Source: Harriotta raleighana
Taxonomy: Eukaryota
Length of the DNA stretch: 64,000 bases
Reading direction: 5' to 3'
Assembly (NCBI GenBank): GCA_050575255.1
Contig: JBNZDD010013714.1
Span: 5,275,254-5,339,253, forward strand
How positions within the stretch are numbered: position 1 is the stretch's first letter; the number at the start of each line of letters is the position of its first letter. Position numbers and translations under genes: made by a program. Of the stretch, positions 63,086 to 64,000 are shown piece by piece. The notes below the pieces were generated by a model. The model did not search any database, had not been told where the DNA came from, and was given only the letters and a program-made list of their open reading frames with translations.

Positions 63086-63934
63086 AAATAAATAGATAAA
63101 TAAATAACAGATAAACAGTTATCTAAGAAAACAACACTTTATATTCCTTCCTGCAAAGCTGCTAAATAGGTTCAGTGTTCCAAGTCAAACCGCCTTTGCC
63201 CCTTCCCATTAATCAAATGCTTCAGTTTCTGGTTCCCACACACAGACCTGTCATGCATATGTGAAGCATGTTTAACCGCCACAAATGGGATACAAGTTCA
63301 TTTACATTTAAAAACAGAGCTTAGTTATGTATGAAAAACGCTTCTACTTCCAATGTTCCGATTTTGAGGTATGCCTCGGTGTGCTAAAGATCTGCTAATT
63401 GTTGTTTTAACCTAAAGGAACATTGTTCATTTGCCTTGCTGTGGGTTAATGAAACAGGACCAGCAATCTTCTGGCCCAGTTCAGCATTTGATTTGTCACA
63501 CATGATTTAACACTTTAACTAATGATAATAGGAAGTTAAAATGAAAGATAATTTTTACAAGACCTCTTTTTGCTGGTAGTATGCCCCTGAGCCCCACCCT
63601 AACAAACCCTATCAATAAAGCCATGGCATCACTCTGAAGATTGTGATAGAGTAATGCATTTCAAGTTTTCCTTCATTTCTGTGCATCCTCCTTTTACAGG
63701 TGCTGTGTTTTTGCTAGCAAAAGTCCTGTGCTTTCTGTAAATGCTGGAAGGAGGTGTAACAGAAAAATAAATAGCCACAAAACACCAAGCCAATCTCTTA
63801 TTTTTCATATACTGTAAAAAGGAAAGCACGAGGAACAGAGGAGGTGTAAATTTCAATAATTCTCAAATTATTAAAATATTAAATTTATTATTTGATTCTA
63901 TTGATTTGAATAACAAATAATTTTCTTTCTCACG

Positions 63935-64000
63935 TTACATATATACTGTGAAGCACTTTGAGATGTCTCAACGAGATGCTAAAGCACTGTGTCAAATACA
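63935..64000 (+). mobile_element. SINE tail (truncated by window end)
   Basis: ctgtgaagcactttgagatgtctcaacgagatgctaaagcactgtgtcaaat. Confidence 0.72.

Larger units (their letters stand above)
1..64000 (-). other. FTO: FTO transcription unit spanning the window (part of intron 1 through part of intron 8)
   Basis: Exons 2-8 colinear on the minus strand; exon 1 and exon 9 peptides not found; long introns 1 and 8 are typical of vertebrate FTO. Confidence 0.9.

Noticed and set aside
57669-64000. FTO exon 1, promoter or RPGRIP1L
   Set aside because: No MKR-type start exon or CpG island seen

Overview
AT-rich, CpG-depleted vertebrate genomic DNA. The tRNA/Deu-type SINEs, CR1/L2/RTE debris and the protein sequence point to a cartilaginous fish, probably elephant shark/chimaera (inference). 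The whole window lies inside the FTO gene (Fe(II)/2-oxoglutarate RNA m6A/m6Am demethylase) on the minus strand. I read seven coding exons corresponding to human exons 2-8. All have GT-AG boundaries and consistent phases, and the catalytic residues are intact. Exon 1 (beyond the right end) and exon 9 (beyond the left end) were not found. The introns contain about 30 SINE copies or tails in both orientations, LINE fossils, an intact Tigger/pogo-like non-autonomous DNA transposon and a 128-bp local duplication. They also hold several repeat-free, motif-dense blocks, consistent with the FTO-intron enhancers of the IRX3/IRX5 regulatory block. I found no convincing novel protein-coding system. The best leads are regulatory or RNA-structural: nuclear-receptor elements (DR5 RARE with an NBRE pair, DR4s), co-oriented CTCF-like sites, a CpG-rich intronic block, tandem splice acceptors, inverted SINE pairs and a chimeric SINE architecture. 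Repeat boundaries are approximate, and family names come from memory of consensus motifs, not from a database search.
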